A DNA stretch of 64,000 bases from an uncultured Candidatus Saccharibacteria bacterium (GTDB lineage: Bacteria; Patescibacteriota; Saccharimonadia; Saccharimonadales; Saccharimonadaceae), in contig CAZVPV010000004.1 of NCBI GenBank assembly GCA_964629195.1, positions 4,853-68,852 of the forward strand, given 5' to 3'. Positions 43,519-53,336 of this stretch are shown here, one piece after another. A program made the translations under genes and the position numbers. The notes under the pieces are model-generated. The model searched no databases. It was not told the DNA's origin and saw nothing but the letters and a program-made list of their open reading frames with translations. How positions within the stretch are numbered: position 1 is the first letter of the stretch; every line of letters begins with the position of its first letter.

Positions 43519-45975
43519 CTAAATTATGATTGCACCGAGCCCGGCGGCTGCCTGAGTGATTTGGTCCATTATAGCAGAAATTTCGGCTGAGGTCAGAGTT
43601 TTGTCGGGGCGGGAGAATTTGAGATGGAAGGAAAGGTTTTTGGTCTGATCGGCCGGAGAAGCTTGGTAGACCGAAAGCGGTACGATCTCGAAAAGAGTCC
43701 CTGCAGCGCGAAGTGAAGTTTCGAGCATCTCTAGCACACGCCAGTAGGCCACATCGGCGGCTAGTTTGAGGGTCAAATCGCGCTCCACCGACGGAAACTT
43801 CGAAAGCGTGAGTTCAATACCTAGTTCGGTAGTCGCCGAGGCGAGCGGGTCGAGCTGCAATTCGAGCGCCGAAACGGTATTTTCTAGCTTAAATTTACGC
43901 AAAACGCCAGACTTGATTTCGCCAAACGCACCAATAGCCTGATCGTGCCAGACGAGCTCGGCAGAGTGGGCAGGCTCAAGGTAAGGATGCGTAGTTGCAG
44001 CGGGAGAATTCGGGGCCAGCGGGCGATAGCTAATGTCAAGCTTGAGCTTCTGGCGGAGCAAAGCGAGGATCGCCGCCTTGAGATGGTAAAAATCATGCAA
44101 GTCAACAATACCAAGGTGAGTCGAGACGATCGGCACACCGTCAGCATCTTGGCCGGCGGATTTAGCTGCAACTTGGTTCATTTCGTAAAACGTAAAATCT
44201 TTGTGCCCGGCCTTAAGATTTTCGCGTACTTTGTCGAGCAGGCTGGGCACGATTTGCTGACGGAAGCACTGCAGCTCGGGCGAGATAGAATTGATAATTT
44301 CATAACTGTCCGCAGGATCTTGGCCAACTTTCTCGAGCAGGTCGCGGCTGACGAAGGAATAAGTCAAAAGTTCGTTCATGGCTAAATCATGCGACAAAAT
44401 CTGACGTACGCGACGCTTGAAACGGAAAACCGGATCAACTTCGGCTTCGATGAAGGGTTTTTCGGGCAGGCTGAGCGCAATGTTATCATAGCCCAGCAAG
44501 CGGCCAACTTCTTCGATCACATCTTCACGCAGATGAATATCAGTACGCCAAGCTGGAGAAGTTATCTTCAAATTGCTGCTAGACTCTACTCTGAAGCCGA
44601 CATTCTCCAAGGTTTGCGTGATTTCGGCTGCAGAATAGTCGGTGCCGAGCAAGGTGTTGATATCGGCTGTTGTGATTTTTACAACAGTTTTGGTTTGGGG
44701 GTCAGGGTAGCACTCGGCGACCACCGACGGCTCAACTTCGAGACGATGAATCGCTTCGTTCAACACTGTACCGCAAAGTGCCGCTGGCTGGCCTTTGGTG
44801 AAACGGGTGATTGCTTCGGAGAAAATGCCGTGCGCCATCTGAGTTTTGCGTAGGTGATAAAGCGAGAAGGTAGCGCTTTCGAGCACGACACGGCGCGTAC
44901 TGGCGTCGATTTCGGTGTTCTTGCCACCCATGGCGCCGGCCAGTGCGATTGGTACATCATTCGAGGTGATAACAATGTCAAAATCTTGCAGAGCAATAGT
45001 CTTGCCATCGAGTAGTTGCAGCTCTTCACCCGAGCGTGCAGCGCGTACGATAATCTCAGCCCGGTTCGACTGCCCACCAACCGCAATAAGCTTATCATAG
45101 TCGAACGCGTGGAGTGGCTGGCCAGTCTCGAGCATCAGGATGTTTGTCAGATCGACCATCGGATCGATCGCACGCATGCCGGCTTTGGCGAGAAAAACTG
45201 CCGCTTTGGTGAGATATTTGCTCGGCTGGTTGTCGGCCAACTCGAAAACCGCACAAGCATAGCGCGGGCAGAGCTCGGGGTCGGCTATGCGAATCTTGAC
45301 GTTCGGCTCAGCGATGAGCTTAAGCGGCTGGTCAATATCCTGAAAAAGGGCAGGCTCGGTAAACTTTTGACCAAGGATGCCGGCCACTTCGCGCGCGAAA
45401 CCGATCAAGCCAAAGCAATCTGGACGATGCGTGAGGGACTTATTCTCGACATCGAGGATCTTATCATTTAGATCAAAGACCTCCGCAAACAGATCGCCCG
45501 GCTGCGCGACGGCGGGGTCAATTTCGGCAATGGCTTTGTGTTCATTGCTAAAACCGAGTTCGTCAGGACCAGCCAGCATACCGTTTGACTCGTAACCTTG
45601 GAGCTTGCGGACGCTGATTTTGAAGTTCTCGCCGCCGTAAGTCTCCGGCACGATGGCGCCCGGCGCGATCCAGACCGCCAGCATCCCAGCATGAACATTC
45701 GGCGCGCCGCAGACTACTTGCACATAACCATTCTCGAGTTGGTTAAATTCGGAACCCGGTGCGCCGGCATCGATTTCGCACAGGTTCAGATGGGTGCCAG
45801 GAATAGGCTCGGCTTTCATGACTTTTACAATATAGATTTTTTGATAGGCCGGAGCAAGGTCAATCACTTCTTCGACTTCGACTAGGCGCGAGCCGATGAG
45901 CTTGATTAGTTCCTCATCAGAGAGATCTTTGGGTAAATTGACGTATGATTTGATTTTATTCAGTGAAATTTTCAT
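43519..45975 (-). CDS. pheT: phenylalanine--tRNA ligase beta subunit
   Basis: 818 aa, MKISLNKIKSYV start, and position downstream of pheS. Confidence 0.9.
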   Translation of the reverse strand: MKISLNKIKSYVNLPKDLSDEELIKLIGSRLVEVEEVIDLAPAYQKIYIVKVMKAEPIPGTHLNLCEIDAGAPGSEFNQLENGYVQVVCGAPNVHAGMLAVWIAPGAIVPETYGGENFKISVRKLQGYESNGMLAGPDELGFSNEHKAIAEIDPAVAQPGDLFAEVFDLNDKILDVENKSLTHRPDCFGLIGFAREVAGILGQKFTEPALFQDIDQPLKLIAEPNVKIRIADPELCPRYACAVFELADNQPSKYLTKAAVFLAKAGMRAIDPMVDLTNILMLETGQPLHAFDYDKLIAVGGQSNRAEIIVRAARSGEELQLLDGKTIALQDFDIVITSNDVPIALAGAMGGKNTEIDASTRRVVLESATFSLYHLRKTQMAHGIFSEAITRFTKGQPAALCGTVLNEAIHRLEVEPSVVAECYPDPQTKTVVKITTADINTLLGTDYSAAEITQTLENVGFRVESSSNLKITSPAWRTDIHLREDVIEEVGRLLGYDNIALSLPEKPFIEAEVDPVFRFKRRVRQILSHDLAMNELLTYSFVSRDLLEKVGQDPADSYEIINSISPELQCFRQQIVPSLLDKVRENLKAGHKDFTFYEMNQVAAKSAGQDADGVPIVSTHLGIVDLHDFYHLKAAILALLRQKLKLDISYRPLAPNSPAATTHPYLEPAHSAELVWHDQAIGAFGEIKSGVLRKFKLENTVSALELQLDPLASATTELGIELTLSKFPSVERDLTLKLAADVAYWRVLEMLETSLRAAGTLFEIVPLSVYQASPADQTKNLSFHLKFSRPDKTLTSAEISAIMDQITQAAAGLGAIII

Positions 45976-45992
45976 AAAATTTGCTTTTCCTA

Positions 45993-46021
45993 TTGACTTT
46001 TATCCAAATGTGTGCTATAAT
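45993..46021 (+). promoter_or_regulatory. orphan consensus promoter TTGACT-17-TGTGcTATAAT on the + strand in the pheS-pheT spacer
   Basis: Read directly. It points into the 3' end of pheS in antisense orientation. Confidence 0.5.
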
Positions 46022-46108
46022 AGAAGGTTAGGGTGTTTTCTCGTGAGGATTTTTGGGTGTTTCGGTTAATTTTGGCATTTTTGAGAATGTTTTTGCGGGC
46101 GTTTTGCA

Positions 46109-47050
46109 TTAGAATTTCTCCAAAAAGTCAAGTTTGCCAGATTCGAAGTAGCGCACGTCGTTTAGACCGTATTTTAGCATAGCGAGGCGGTCAATGCCGC
46201 CGCCCCAAGCAAAACCGTGATAGACTTCAGGGTCGATACCGGCAGTCTTAAGGACATTGGGGTGAATCATGCCACAACCACCCATTTCTAGGTAGCCTTT
46301 ACCGCCAAGGCAGGCGGGTTTTTCGATCATAAACTCAGCAGAAGGTTCGGTGAACGGGAAATATCCCGGTTGAGTCTTGAGGTTAAGCTTTTGGCCATAA
46401 TAAGCTTCAAAAAATTGTTTTAGAATACCAAAAAGCTGGCCCATGTTGGCATCTTTCGAGACAAACACGCCTTCGCACTGGTAAAAGGTGTGCTCGTGGG
46501 TCGCATCGACATCTTCGTTACGGAAGACGCGACCCGGAATCACCACGGCAATTTCACGACCAGCCGCCAGACGATCTTTGTACTTTTTCAGGGCGCGGTG
46601 CTGCATGGTGGAAGTGTGGGCAGGCGGGATAAAACCTTCGGCCGTGCGAAAAGTGTCATAACCGTCGCGCGCCGGGTGATCCTTAGGGAAGTTGAGACTT
46701 TCGAACATATGAAACTCGTCATCAAGCTGATGCGACTCCATAACATCAAAACCCATCGCCGAATAAATTTCGACCACTTTGTCGAGTTCAACCATAAGCG
46801 GATGCTCGGTGCCAAAGTGGAACTCGGGGAGCGGCTGATTGGGCGCGGCTGGCGCGTAGACATCGAGCGGGACGACACTTTCGCTCTCGAGGCTAGCCTC
46901 GGCCTGCTTGATAGCGGCGAGGAGTTTTTGCTTCTTGGCATTCAGCTTGCGACCAAAATCACCGCGCTCCGCCGGTGGCAGAGTTTTGATCTTAGTGTAC
47001 TCGGCGTTAAGTGCTTTGAGGGCTTGTTTGAGCTGTTCTAAGTCTGACAT
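46109..47050 (-). CDS. pheS: phenylalanine--tRNA ligase alpha subunit (short, 313 aa)
   Basis: Class II motifs (HPARD; FRNEDVDATHEHTFYQCEG; GFAWGGGIDRLAML). Confidence 0.9.
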   Translation of the reverse strand: MSDLEQLKQALKALNAEYTKIKTLPPAERGDFGRKLNAKKQKLLAAIKQAEASLESESVVPLDVYAPAAPNQPLPEFHFGTEHPLMVELDKVVEIYSAMGFDVMESHQLDDEFHMFESLNFPKDHPARDGYDTFRTAEGFIPPAHTSTMQHRALKKYKDRLAAGREIAVVIPGRVFRNEDVDATHEHTFYQCEGVFVSKDANMGQLFGILKQFFEAYYGQKLNLKTQPGYFPFTEPSAEFMIEKPACLGGKGYLEMGGCGMIHPNVLKTAGIDPEVYHGFAWGGGIDRLAMLKYGLNDVRYFESGKLDFLEKF

Positions 47051-47057
47051 GTTATAT

Positions 47058-47063
47058 ATTATA
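47058..47063 (-). promoter_or_regulatory. -10 box TGcTATAAT, 7 nt upstream of the pheS ATG (leaderless)
   Basis: Read directly. Confidence 0.55.
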
Positions 47064-47089
47064 GCATGCCTGAGAGGTAATGCCGAAAA

Positions 47090-47323
47090 TTAGATGGGCA
47101 AGAACATGTAGATAAGTGAGAGGATGGCTAACACTACCAGAACGATCCAGACCCAAGTGAAGCGACCGGTGCGTTTAGTTCCCTCAGTATAGCGTTCGGC
47201 GGCAGTGTTCGCAGTCGGCATAGCACCGGGAGTTGAAGTCTGAGCTTTCTGACGCAGATCAGCTGCAATACGGCGATTTAATTCTGAATTTCTTTCCTGA
47301 TTGTTCGATACCATCACTCCCAT
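47090..47323 (-). CDS. small tail-anchored membrane protein (77 aa)
   Basis: C-terminal TM helix. TATAAG lies 8 nt upstream of ATG. Confidence 0.5.
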   Translation of the reverse strand: MGVMVSNNQERNSELNRRIAADLRQKAQTSTPGAMPTANTAAERYTEGTKRTGRFTWVWIVLVVLAILSLIYMFLPI

Positions 47324-47358
47324 GTTTCGTCCTTATAGATGTTATGTTTACTTCGTGC

Positions 47359-47387
47359 TTATCATTGTACCACATGTGTGCTATAAT
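47359..47387 (+). promoter_or_regulatory. promoter TTATCA-17-TGTGcTATAAT for the MIP channel gene
   Basis: Read directly. The leader carries an AAGGAGG RBS. Confidence 0.55.
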
Positions 47388-47417
47388 TGGAGAAATATCA
47401 GTTTAAGGAGGTTAGAA

Positions 47418-48401
47418 ATGGCCAATCAGAAGTCAAAGAAGACGATGAAAAAGTCTTCGACGAAGCCAGAAGCTAGCAAAGAAGTGAAGGAAGTTAAGGA
47501 AATTAAATCCGAAACTAAGCCTGAACTAGCTTCTCAGGCATCTCAAGCGAAGAGCACCTCAGGAAAGTCTCAGTCCACTCTCCATGGTTTCTTTGCACGC
47601 AAATATGATAAGAATGAGAATATTCTCACGATTTTTAAGACACCGAAGATTTGGGGAGCTTTGATCGGTGAGTTGATTGGGACAATGTTATTATCACTAC
47701 TGCTTTTGATGCTAAGCATCTTTGGTCTGTTCCAATATACACTCTACCTAGCGCCAGCTTTGATCTGCATTTATGTCGTCATCGTGGGGCTTTCGGGCGC
47801 CAACTTGAACCCACTAGTCACGGTTGGGATGATGGCTTCGCGCCGCATGTCAGCAATTCGCGGTGTATTGTATATGCTCGCGCAAGTGATTGGAGCCTGG
47901 CTCGGTTTGCTAGTCGTGAACGCTTTCCGTCTTGGTAGCGCCGCGGCAGCGATCGAACTACCGATCATGGATGAAATTTCCGGCGAGACTTTTTGGGCTA
48001 TTGCGCTAGTTGAGCTAGTAGGCGCGATTATCTTAGCGTTCTGCTTTGCTCGCGCAATTCGTTATGCTCGCCGCAGCGCTTTGACCTTTGGTTTCACGGT
48101 AGCCAGTAGCTTGATTTTCGTGTTGATTTTCGGCGCGATCATTTCGCAAGGTTTCTTCCAGTATGCAATGAGCTTTGCTTTCAACCCGGCAATCGCTTTG
48201 ATGTTCCAGATTTTGCCAACTTCGGCGGCTGGTTTTGGTGAGCTATTGTCACTGCTCGGCCTAGCTTTGAGCGCCTATGTACTAATCCCGATGGTTGGTG
48301 GTATTATCGGTTTTTATCTATCGGACTTCGCAACAAGACTGTCATGTGGCGGCTATTTCTGCGAAACAGATGATGAAAACTGTGATGAGCTACACGCTTA
48401 A
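47418..48401 (+). CDS. MIP-family channel (aquaporin/glycerol-facilitator-like) with Lys-rich N-terminal extension
   Basis: AAGGAGG RBS before ATG 47418. Six TM helices. Half-motifs GANLNPLVT (NPL variant) and FAFNPAIA (NPA). Confidence 0.75.
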   Translation: MANQKSKKTMKKSSTKPEASKEVKEVKEIKSETKPELASQASQAKSTSGKSQSTLHGFFARKYDKNENILTIFKTPKIWGALIGELIGTMLLSLLLLMLSIFGLFQYTLYLAPALICIYVVIVGLSGANLNPLVTVGMMASRRMSAIRGVLYMLAQVIGAWLGLLVVNAFRLGSAAAAIELPIMDEISGETFWAIALVELVGAIILAFCFARAIRYARRSALTFGFTVASSLIFVLIFGAIISQGFFQYAMSFAFNPAIALMFQILPTSAAGFGELLSLLGLALSAYVLIPMVGGIIGFYLSDFATRLSCGGYFCETDDENCDELHA

Positions 48402-48413
48402 ATAATGCGGCGC

Positions 48414-48446
48414 AAAATACTCTCGTCTACACGCGAGAGTATTTTT
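48414..48446 (+). terminator. 12-bp perfect terminator AAAATACTCTCG/CGAGAGTATTTT
   Basis: Read directly after the MIP gene. It overlaps the -35 region of the next promoter. Confidence 0.8.
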
Positions 48447-48450
48447 GTGT

Positions 48451-48456
48451 TATAAT
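48451..48456 (+). promoter_or_regulatory. -10 box TGTGtTATAAT, 6 nt upstream of ATG 48463 (leaderless)
   Basis: Read directly. Confidence 0.55.
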
Positions 48457-48462
48457 GGTTTT

Positions 48463-50427
48463 ATGGTAAAAAAGCCGCAATGGTCGGAAATAAAAAAGAA
48501 ATTTAAGCAGGTTCAAGCGCCTAGACACCCGATGCCAGTTGCTCTCAGGGTACTTTGTTCGGTCGTGCTCGCGGCGGGTTTTGCTTTCGCTTTTTATTGG
48601 TTTTTGTTGGAGAGCCAGTACGGGGGGTCTCAGCCCGACATTGCACAGTTTATTCAGGAATCGCCGACGGTCTTTTGGTATAGCTACAGTTTCGTTTTCT
48701 TATTAACCTTGCTGTTGATGAGTATTTTTTGGCGAACTTGTTTTGGGCTAGGTGCGACTTTTGCAATTATTAGTATAATTGCTTACGCTAACGAGCAGAA
48801 GATCAAAGTGCGTGCGGCGCCGTTGTTGCCGGAGGATCTGCAAATGGTGGGCCAGGCAGGTGAACTAATGGAGTTCGTTGATACGGGGGAGGTGATGAGG
48901 CTGGCGCTTGGCGTGGTCTTGCTGCTAATAGGCACATGGATGTTCGACCGAATCTTGCGAAAAGCGATTGGCAAGGACTCAACGAAGCAGAATTGGCTAG
49001 AAAAACATGCGATTTTGCAACGTGTTACTTGTTCCCTGCTGGTACTAGCGACGTTGGTGGTAGCCTATAACCCACTACTGCATCATGGCGGTGAGACGAT
49101 GGAGAAGATCGATTGGCTAGACACAACTTTCGCGGCTTGGGATCCGGCGGGGACTTATGAATGGAACGGCTTAATCTTGTCGTTCTTATATAGCCTAGGG
49201 TCAACAAATCTGGATGCACCGGAGGGTTATTCAGAGGAAAAGATTCAGGCGATTTATGAGAAGTATCAAGCGCTGAAAGACGACGACGAGGAACGCGTAG
49301 CCTTGGCGGATAAAGTTGATAATATTATCTTCATTTTAGACGAGAGTTTCTACGATCCAGAGACTTTAGATGAGTATTATGCGCATACTGGTGGCGACGT
49401 AATCCCGAATTTGCGCAAGATTTTTGAGAAGTACCCGAGTGGCTACATGTATTCGCCAGAATATGGCGGCGGGACGGCGAATATTGAATACGCGGCCTAC
49501 ACTGGTTTGTCAAATTATTGGGCCAACACTATTCCTTACTCGAATTTCGCGGCAAGGCTAGACCACATACCAGGGTTAGTGAGCTACGCGAAGAGTAATA
49601 ATTTCGCAGCTACGGCGATTCATGCTTATGCTGGGTCGGTTTATAAACGTAATATTGTCTACGATCGAATGGGCTACGATGAGTTTATCGATATTGATAA
49701 GATGAAACACACTGGGCTAGAAAATGGCCAGGGTTATGTAAGCGATGCGGAAGTTTATGCGGAGATTTATGATATCTTATTGGAAAATCCGGGACCAAAG
49801 ATGATCGGGGCGGCAACGATGCAGAATCATAGCCCTTACGAATCGGCAGGTTATCCAGAGTGGCATTTCCCACTCAAAAATCGAGTTGACAGTTGGCGGG
49901 GCGTGGAAGCATCTTTTGAATCATTATCGCGGGCGGATCAGTATCTGGCAGATTTTCTAGCGAAACTTGACGAGTTGGACGAAAAAACTGTAGTTTTGTG
50001 GTTTGGCGACCATGTGGCGGGGGCTTTTGATCATATCGTTGAATCTACAGATCAAGATGAGCTAAATTCAGTGCACCTGACGCCATACTTCATTTACGCA
50101 AACTTCGAACTTGATGGTTTATATACTACGACCGAGGTGGCTGAACAAAATGCAGAATATGGGTTTAAGTTTAAGGCAAAGGGAGTTGATTTGCCGACGG
50201 TAACGCCGAACTGTATGATGAATGAGGTATATAATGTTTTGGGGGTAGAAAAGCCGGTGCTGAACTATTTGCTTGACGAAGTGTGTGCGGAAAATCCAAT
50301 TTTGGCACCAGTATATTATAGCGAGGGTGGCGAGCCAGTCGAGACGGAGGCTTTGAAAGATTACGAGTTAATCAACTACGATGTGTCACACGGTGAACAT
50401 TATTGGTTGAAATACAACCAAGATTAG
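48463..50427 (+). CDS. LtaS-family (sulfatase-domain) membrane protein
   Basis: Five N-terminal TM helices plus an extracytoplasmic alkaline-phosphatase-superfamily domain. ATG 48463 is preferred to the track TTG 48445, which lies upstream of the TATAAT box. Confidence 0.7.
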   Translation: MVKKPQWSEIKKKFKQVQAPRHPMPVALRVLCSVVLAAGFAFAFYWFLLESQYGGSQPDIAQFIQESPTVFWYSYSFVFLLTLLLMSIFWRTCFGLGATFAIISIIAYANEQKIKVRAAPLLPEDLQMVGQAGELMEFVDTGEVMRLALGVVLLLIGTWMFDRILRKAIGKDSTKQNWLEKHAILQRVTCSLLVLATLVVAYNPLLHHGGETMEKIDWLDTTFAAWDPAGTYEWNGLILSFLYSLGSTNLDAPEGYSEEKIQAIYEKYQALKDDDEERVALADKVDNIIFILDESFYDPETLDEYYAHTGGDVIPNLRKIFEKYPSGYMYSPEYGGGTANIEYAAYTGLSNYWANTIPYSNFAARLDHIPGLVSYAKSNNFAATAIHAYAGSVYKRNIVYDRMGYDEFIDIDKMKHTGLENGQGYVSDAEVYAEIYDILLENPGPKMIGAATMQNHSPYESAGYPEWHFPLKNRVDSWRGVEASFESLSRADQYLADFLAKLDELDEKTVVLWFGDHVAGAFDHIVESTDQDELNSVHLTPYFIYANFELDGLYTTTEVAEQNAEYGFKFKAKGVDLPTVTPNCMMNEVYNVLGVEKPVLNYLLDEVCAENPILAPVYYSEGGEPVETEALKDYELINYDVSHGEHYWLKYNQD

Positions 50428-51851
50428 GCCTTAGGAAAAAGTGGCGTGGCGGGCGGTATAATTTCGGAAGCAGTGAAGATCTCAATAATCGTGTCCGAGG
50501 TTTGCGGTAGAAACGGTTGGAGCAAGACGGCGGATTCAAGCAAGCCTTGTACGAGTTTTTGCATAACTGTTTCGAGTTCGGCGGTTTGACCGGCCTTAGC
50601 GAGCGCCCAAGGTTTCGCTTCGTCGATGGCTTTATTCAGACTCTGAATCTTTTGCCAAACGTAGTCAAAGGCCTTACTACTCTCAAATCGATTCATCAAC
50701 TCAGTATATTCGGCATCTTGTACTACGGGCAGCTCGCAACCTGAAATATGATTTTTGGCGCAAAGGGTCGCGAGACGCTGCACGAGATTACCGAGATCGT
50801 TAGCTAGCTCATTATTATAAGCGTTGTCGTACTTTTCCCACGAAAAATCGGAATCGGCAAAAGTATCGACGTGACGCAAGAAATAATAGCGAAAAGCTTC
50901 CAAACCATAACGATCAAGCACGGCAATTGGGTCAACAACATTGCCGATACTCTTGCTCATCTTCTGGCCATCAGCTAAAACATAACCGTGCACAACGAGA
51001 GTTTCGGGCAGCTCAAGACCAAGACCAAGCAAGATTGCCGGCCAGATAATGGCGTGAAAGCGCAAAATGTCTTTGCCAATGAACTGAGCCTTGGCTGGCC
51101 ACCAAGCAGTAAAGTCGTCCGTCTTGGCGGCGTCAGGATAGCCTAACACGGTGATATAGTTCGACAAGGCATCGAGCCAGACATAGATCACTTGCGAATC
51201 GTCGTCTGGGACTGGCACACCCCAAGAAAGCTGACCAACGGGGCGAGAAATTGAAACGTCCGGCGCATCGTCAAGCAACTTTAGGACTTCCTGTTTGCGA
51301 AATTCGGGCAAAATTTTAAGTTCGTCACTCTGGATTTTTTGGCGAATATCGGATTTAAAGTCAGCGATGCGCAGATAATAATTTTTTTCGGAAAGTTTTT
51401 GATATGGCTTCTGGTGGTCCGGGCAAACACCGTGATTCTCGTCATATTCTTTTTGGGTGACAAATCTTTCGCAGCCCTCGCAATACCACCCATGATATTC
51501 GGCACTGTAAATATGATCGGCTAGACGGCGCCAGATTTCTTGGCAACGTCGGACATGGTCGGAGTCAGTAGTACGGACAAAATCAGTATAAGAAATATTA
51601 AGACGCTCAATGAAAGTGCGAAATTTCTGGGAATTCCGCGTGGTATATTCTTCAATCGTAAGCCCAGATTCTTGGGCCTTGCGGAAAACCTTGTTGCCAT
51701 GTTCGTCGGTGCCGACTTGATAGCGCACTTCATCGCCGGCAGTACGACGAAAGCGAGCATAAACATCAGCTTGTAAATAATCTACCGCATGGCCAATATG
51801 CGGGTCACCATTAACATAAGGGATGGCAGTACAGATATAGGTTTTTGACAT
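50424..51851 (-). CDS. metG: methionine--tRNA ligase (short form, 475 aa)
   Basis: HIGH-type GDPHIGHA, KMSKS, and zinc knuckle CEGCERF..CPDH. Confidence 0.9.
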   Translation of the reverse strand: MSKTYICTAIPYVNGDPHIGHAVDYLQADVYARFRRTAGDEVRYQVGTDEHGNKVFRKAQESGLTIEEYTTRNSQKFRTFIERLNISYTDFVRTTDSDHVRRCQEIWRRLADHIYSAEYHGWYCEGCERFVTQKEYDENHGVCPDHQKPYQKLSEKNYYLRIADFKSDIRQKIQSDELKILPEFRKQEVLKLLDDAPDVSISRPVGQLSWGVPVPDDDSQVIYVWLDALSNYITVLGYPDAAKTDDFTAWWPAKAQFIGKDILRFHAIIWPAILLGLGLELPETLVVHGYVLADGQKMSKSIGNVVDPIAVLDRYGLEAFRYYFLRHVDTFADSDFSWEKYDNAYNNELANDLGNLVQRLATLCAKNHISGCELPVVQDAEYTELMNRFESSKAFDYVWQKIQSLNKAIDEAKPWALAKAGQTAELETVMQKLVQGLLESAVLLQPFLPQTSDTIIEIFTASEIIPPATPLFPKA

Positions 51852-51857
51852 ATCTAT

Positions 51858-51863
51858 ATTATA
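51858..51863 (-). promoter_or_regulatory. -10 box TATAAT, 6 nt upstream of the metG ATG (leaderless)
   Basis: Read directly. Confidence 0.55.
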
Positions 51864-51879
51864 TATGATATTCGCGAAT

Positions 51880-51910
51880 AAAAAAAGTCTTGGTCGACCA
51901 AGACTTTTTA
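51880..51910. terminator. palindromic bidirectional terminator AAAAAAGTCTTGGTCGACCAAGACTTTTTT
   Basis: Read directly. Confidence 0.8.
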
Positions 51911-51943
51911 GGGAAGTTTGTTTTTGCTACTTTGCTTGCTGTT

Positions 51944-53278
51944 TTATTCGCTGCAGACGAAACCGCGCGCTTCATAGTTGGAACGGATAGTGGCTTCGCT
52001 AGTGTCAAGAGCGCCATCGACGGTCGTCAGCATGAGCAAATCAGCATCTTCAGAGCGGAGTTTATCGGCAGTGGCAGTAATAGTAGCAGTGACCATGTTA
52101 CCATTGGCCACAAAACTCACGTCATAGGGCTCTTCCGTCAAACCAGAAATATTAAGATTAGCAGCACGTTGCGCTTCGAGGATGTCGCGCTCAGCGGCGG
52201 CGGCTTCTGGACTTTCATAAGATGAATTTTGAGTGATCGAAATCTGGCTCAGGTTGTCGCCAAGATAATTCAGAGTTAGAACTTCGTTGCCACCGTCTTC
52301 GCGATTTAGCTCGCAGGTGATTTCCTTGACTGGGGTCTGGACAACATTACCATCAGTGATAGGAGCAACAGAGATTTTCTTCACATTGTTGCTAGCGTTA
52401 ATATAGAGCACAACAAAAACGATAGCGACGATAGCAGTAATAACTAAAGCTACGCCGAGTATCAAGTTCAGCTTTGAACCATGACCTTTAGTCTTCGGTG
52501 CCGGAACGGCAGCAGGGCTTTGGGCTTGAGCAGCGGTGATGGGCTGGAAGGCAGCGAGTTGGTCGGCAGCGCTAGGGGTGCTCGCAGAGCCAACGCCAGC
52601 GGTAGCATTCATGCCAGCACCCTGCCCAGCAGTGTTGGCGTTACTATCCGTCATCGCCGGCTGGGCGAACGGATTGTAATGACCAGCTTGATTGACGTCA
52701 GTGACAACGCCTAGGCCGCTCTGGGCGGAATTAGTAGGCGGTAAAGAGCCCATCTCGGTGACTGAAGTCATCAAATCAGCGGACGGCGCAGCTGAAGCGG
52801 AGGTGCTAGCCGAGGCGGCAGACGTCGGAGCAGCAGACCCCATAGCATTCCCGACAGCGGGCGTTGCCGTATCATCGGCGACTGGCAGGGCGGCGCTGGC
52901 TGGCGCCGACATGGCGCTACCAATCGAACCAGGCACAGGAGCAGCGGGAGTCAAAGGAGCCTCCGGTGCAGTAAACTGCGGGGTCGCCATATCGGCGCCA
53001 GCGGTCTGATCTGCGCTATACATACTGCCTGCACTATTAGCACCAAAATCATTCCCCATACCCATAGTATTCAGGTTGTTTTCGACTGAGGCCAAGCTGT
53101 CGGCTGGTGATGCTAGATTGTCGCTAGACGGGATCGATAAGTCTGGAGAAGTTGCGCTAGGCATCCCGCCTAAGCTCGTTGCATTAGAATCGAGCGAGCC
53201 GCTTATGTCACTAGCTCCTGCTGTGTTTAATGGGTTGTTGTCTTCGGGGTTCATCATGCCTCCCTTTGCCAGGTTCAT
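51944..53278 (-). CDS. membrane protein with long disordered A/S/G/P-rich N-terminus, one TM helix and ~150-aa C-terminal domain (444 aa)
   Basis: Composition and a single hydrophobic helix (LNLILGVALVITAIVAIVFVVLYI). Confidence 0.6.
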   Translation of the reverse strand: MNLAKGGMMNPEDNNPLNTAGASDISGSLDSNATSLGGMPSATSPDLSIPSSDNLASPADSLASVENNLNTMGMGNDFGANSAGSMYSADQTAGADMATPQFTAPEAPLTPAAPVPGSIGSAMSAPASAALPVADDTATPAVGNAMGSAAPTSAASASTSASAAPSADLMTSVTEMGSLPPTNSAQSGLGVVTDVNQAGHYNPFAQPAMTDSNANTAGQGAGMNATAGVGSASTPSAADQLAAFQPITAAQAQSPAAVPAPKTKGHGSKLNLILGVALVITAIVAIVFVVLYINASNNVKKISVAPITDGNVVQTPVKEITCELNREDGGNEVLTLNYLGDNLSQISITQNSSYESPEAAAAERDILEAQRAANLNISGLTEEPYDVSFVANGNMVTATITATADKLRSEDADLLMLTTVDGALDTSEATIRSNYEARGFVCSE

Positions 53279-53336
53279 ATTTGTTAATATCTAATATTAG
53301 TACTATTTTATCGCTTACGTCTAATTTCCGCAAGGC

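Noticed and set aside
47051-47089. T-box leader upstream of pheS
   Set aside because: Only 39 nt separate pheS from the next gene, and a TATAAT box sits 7 nt from the ATG. There is no room for a T-box riboswitch.
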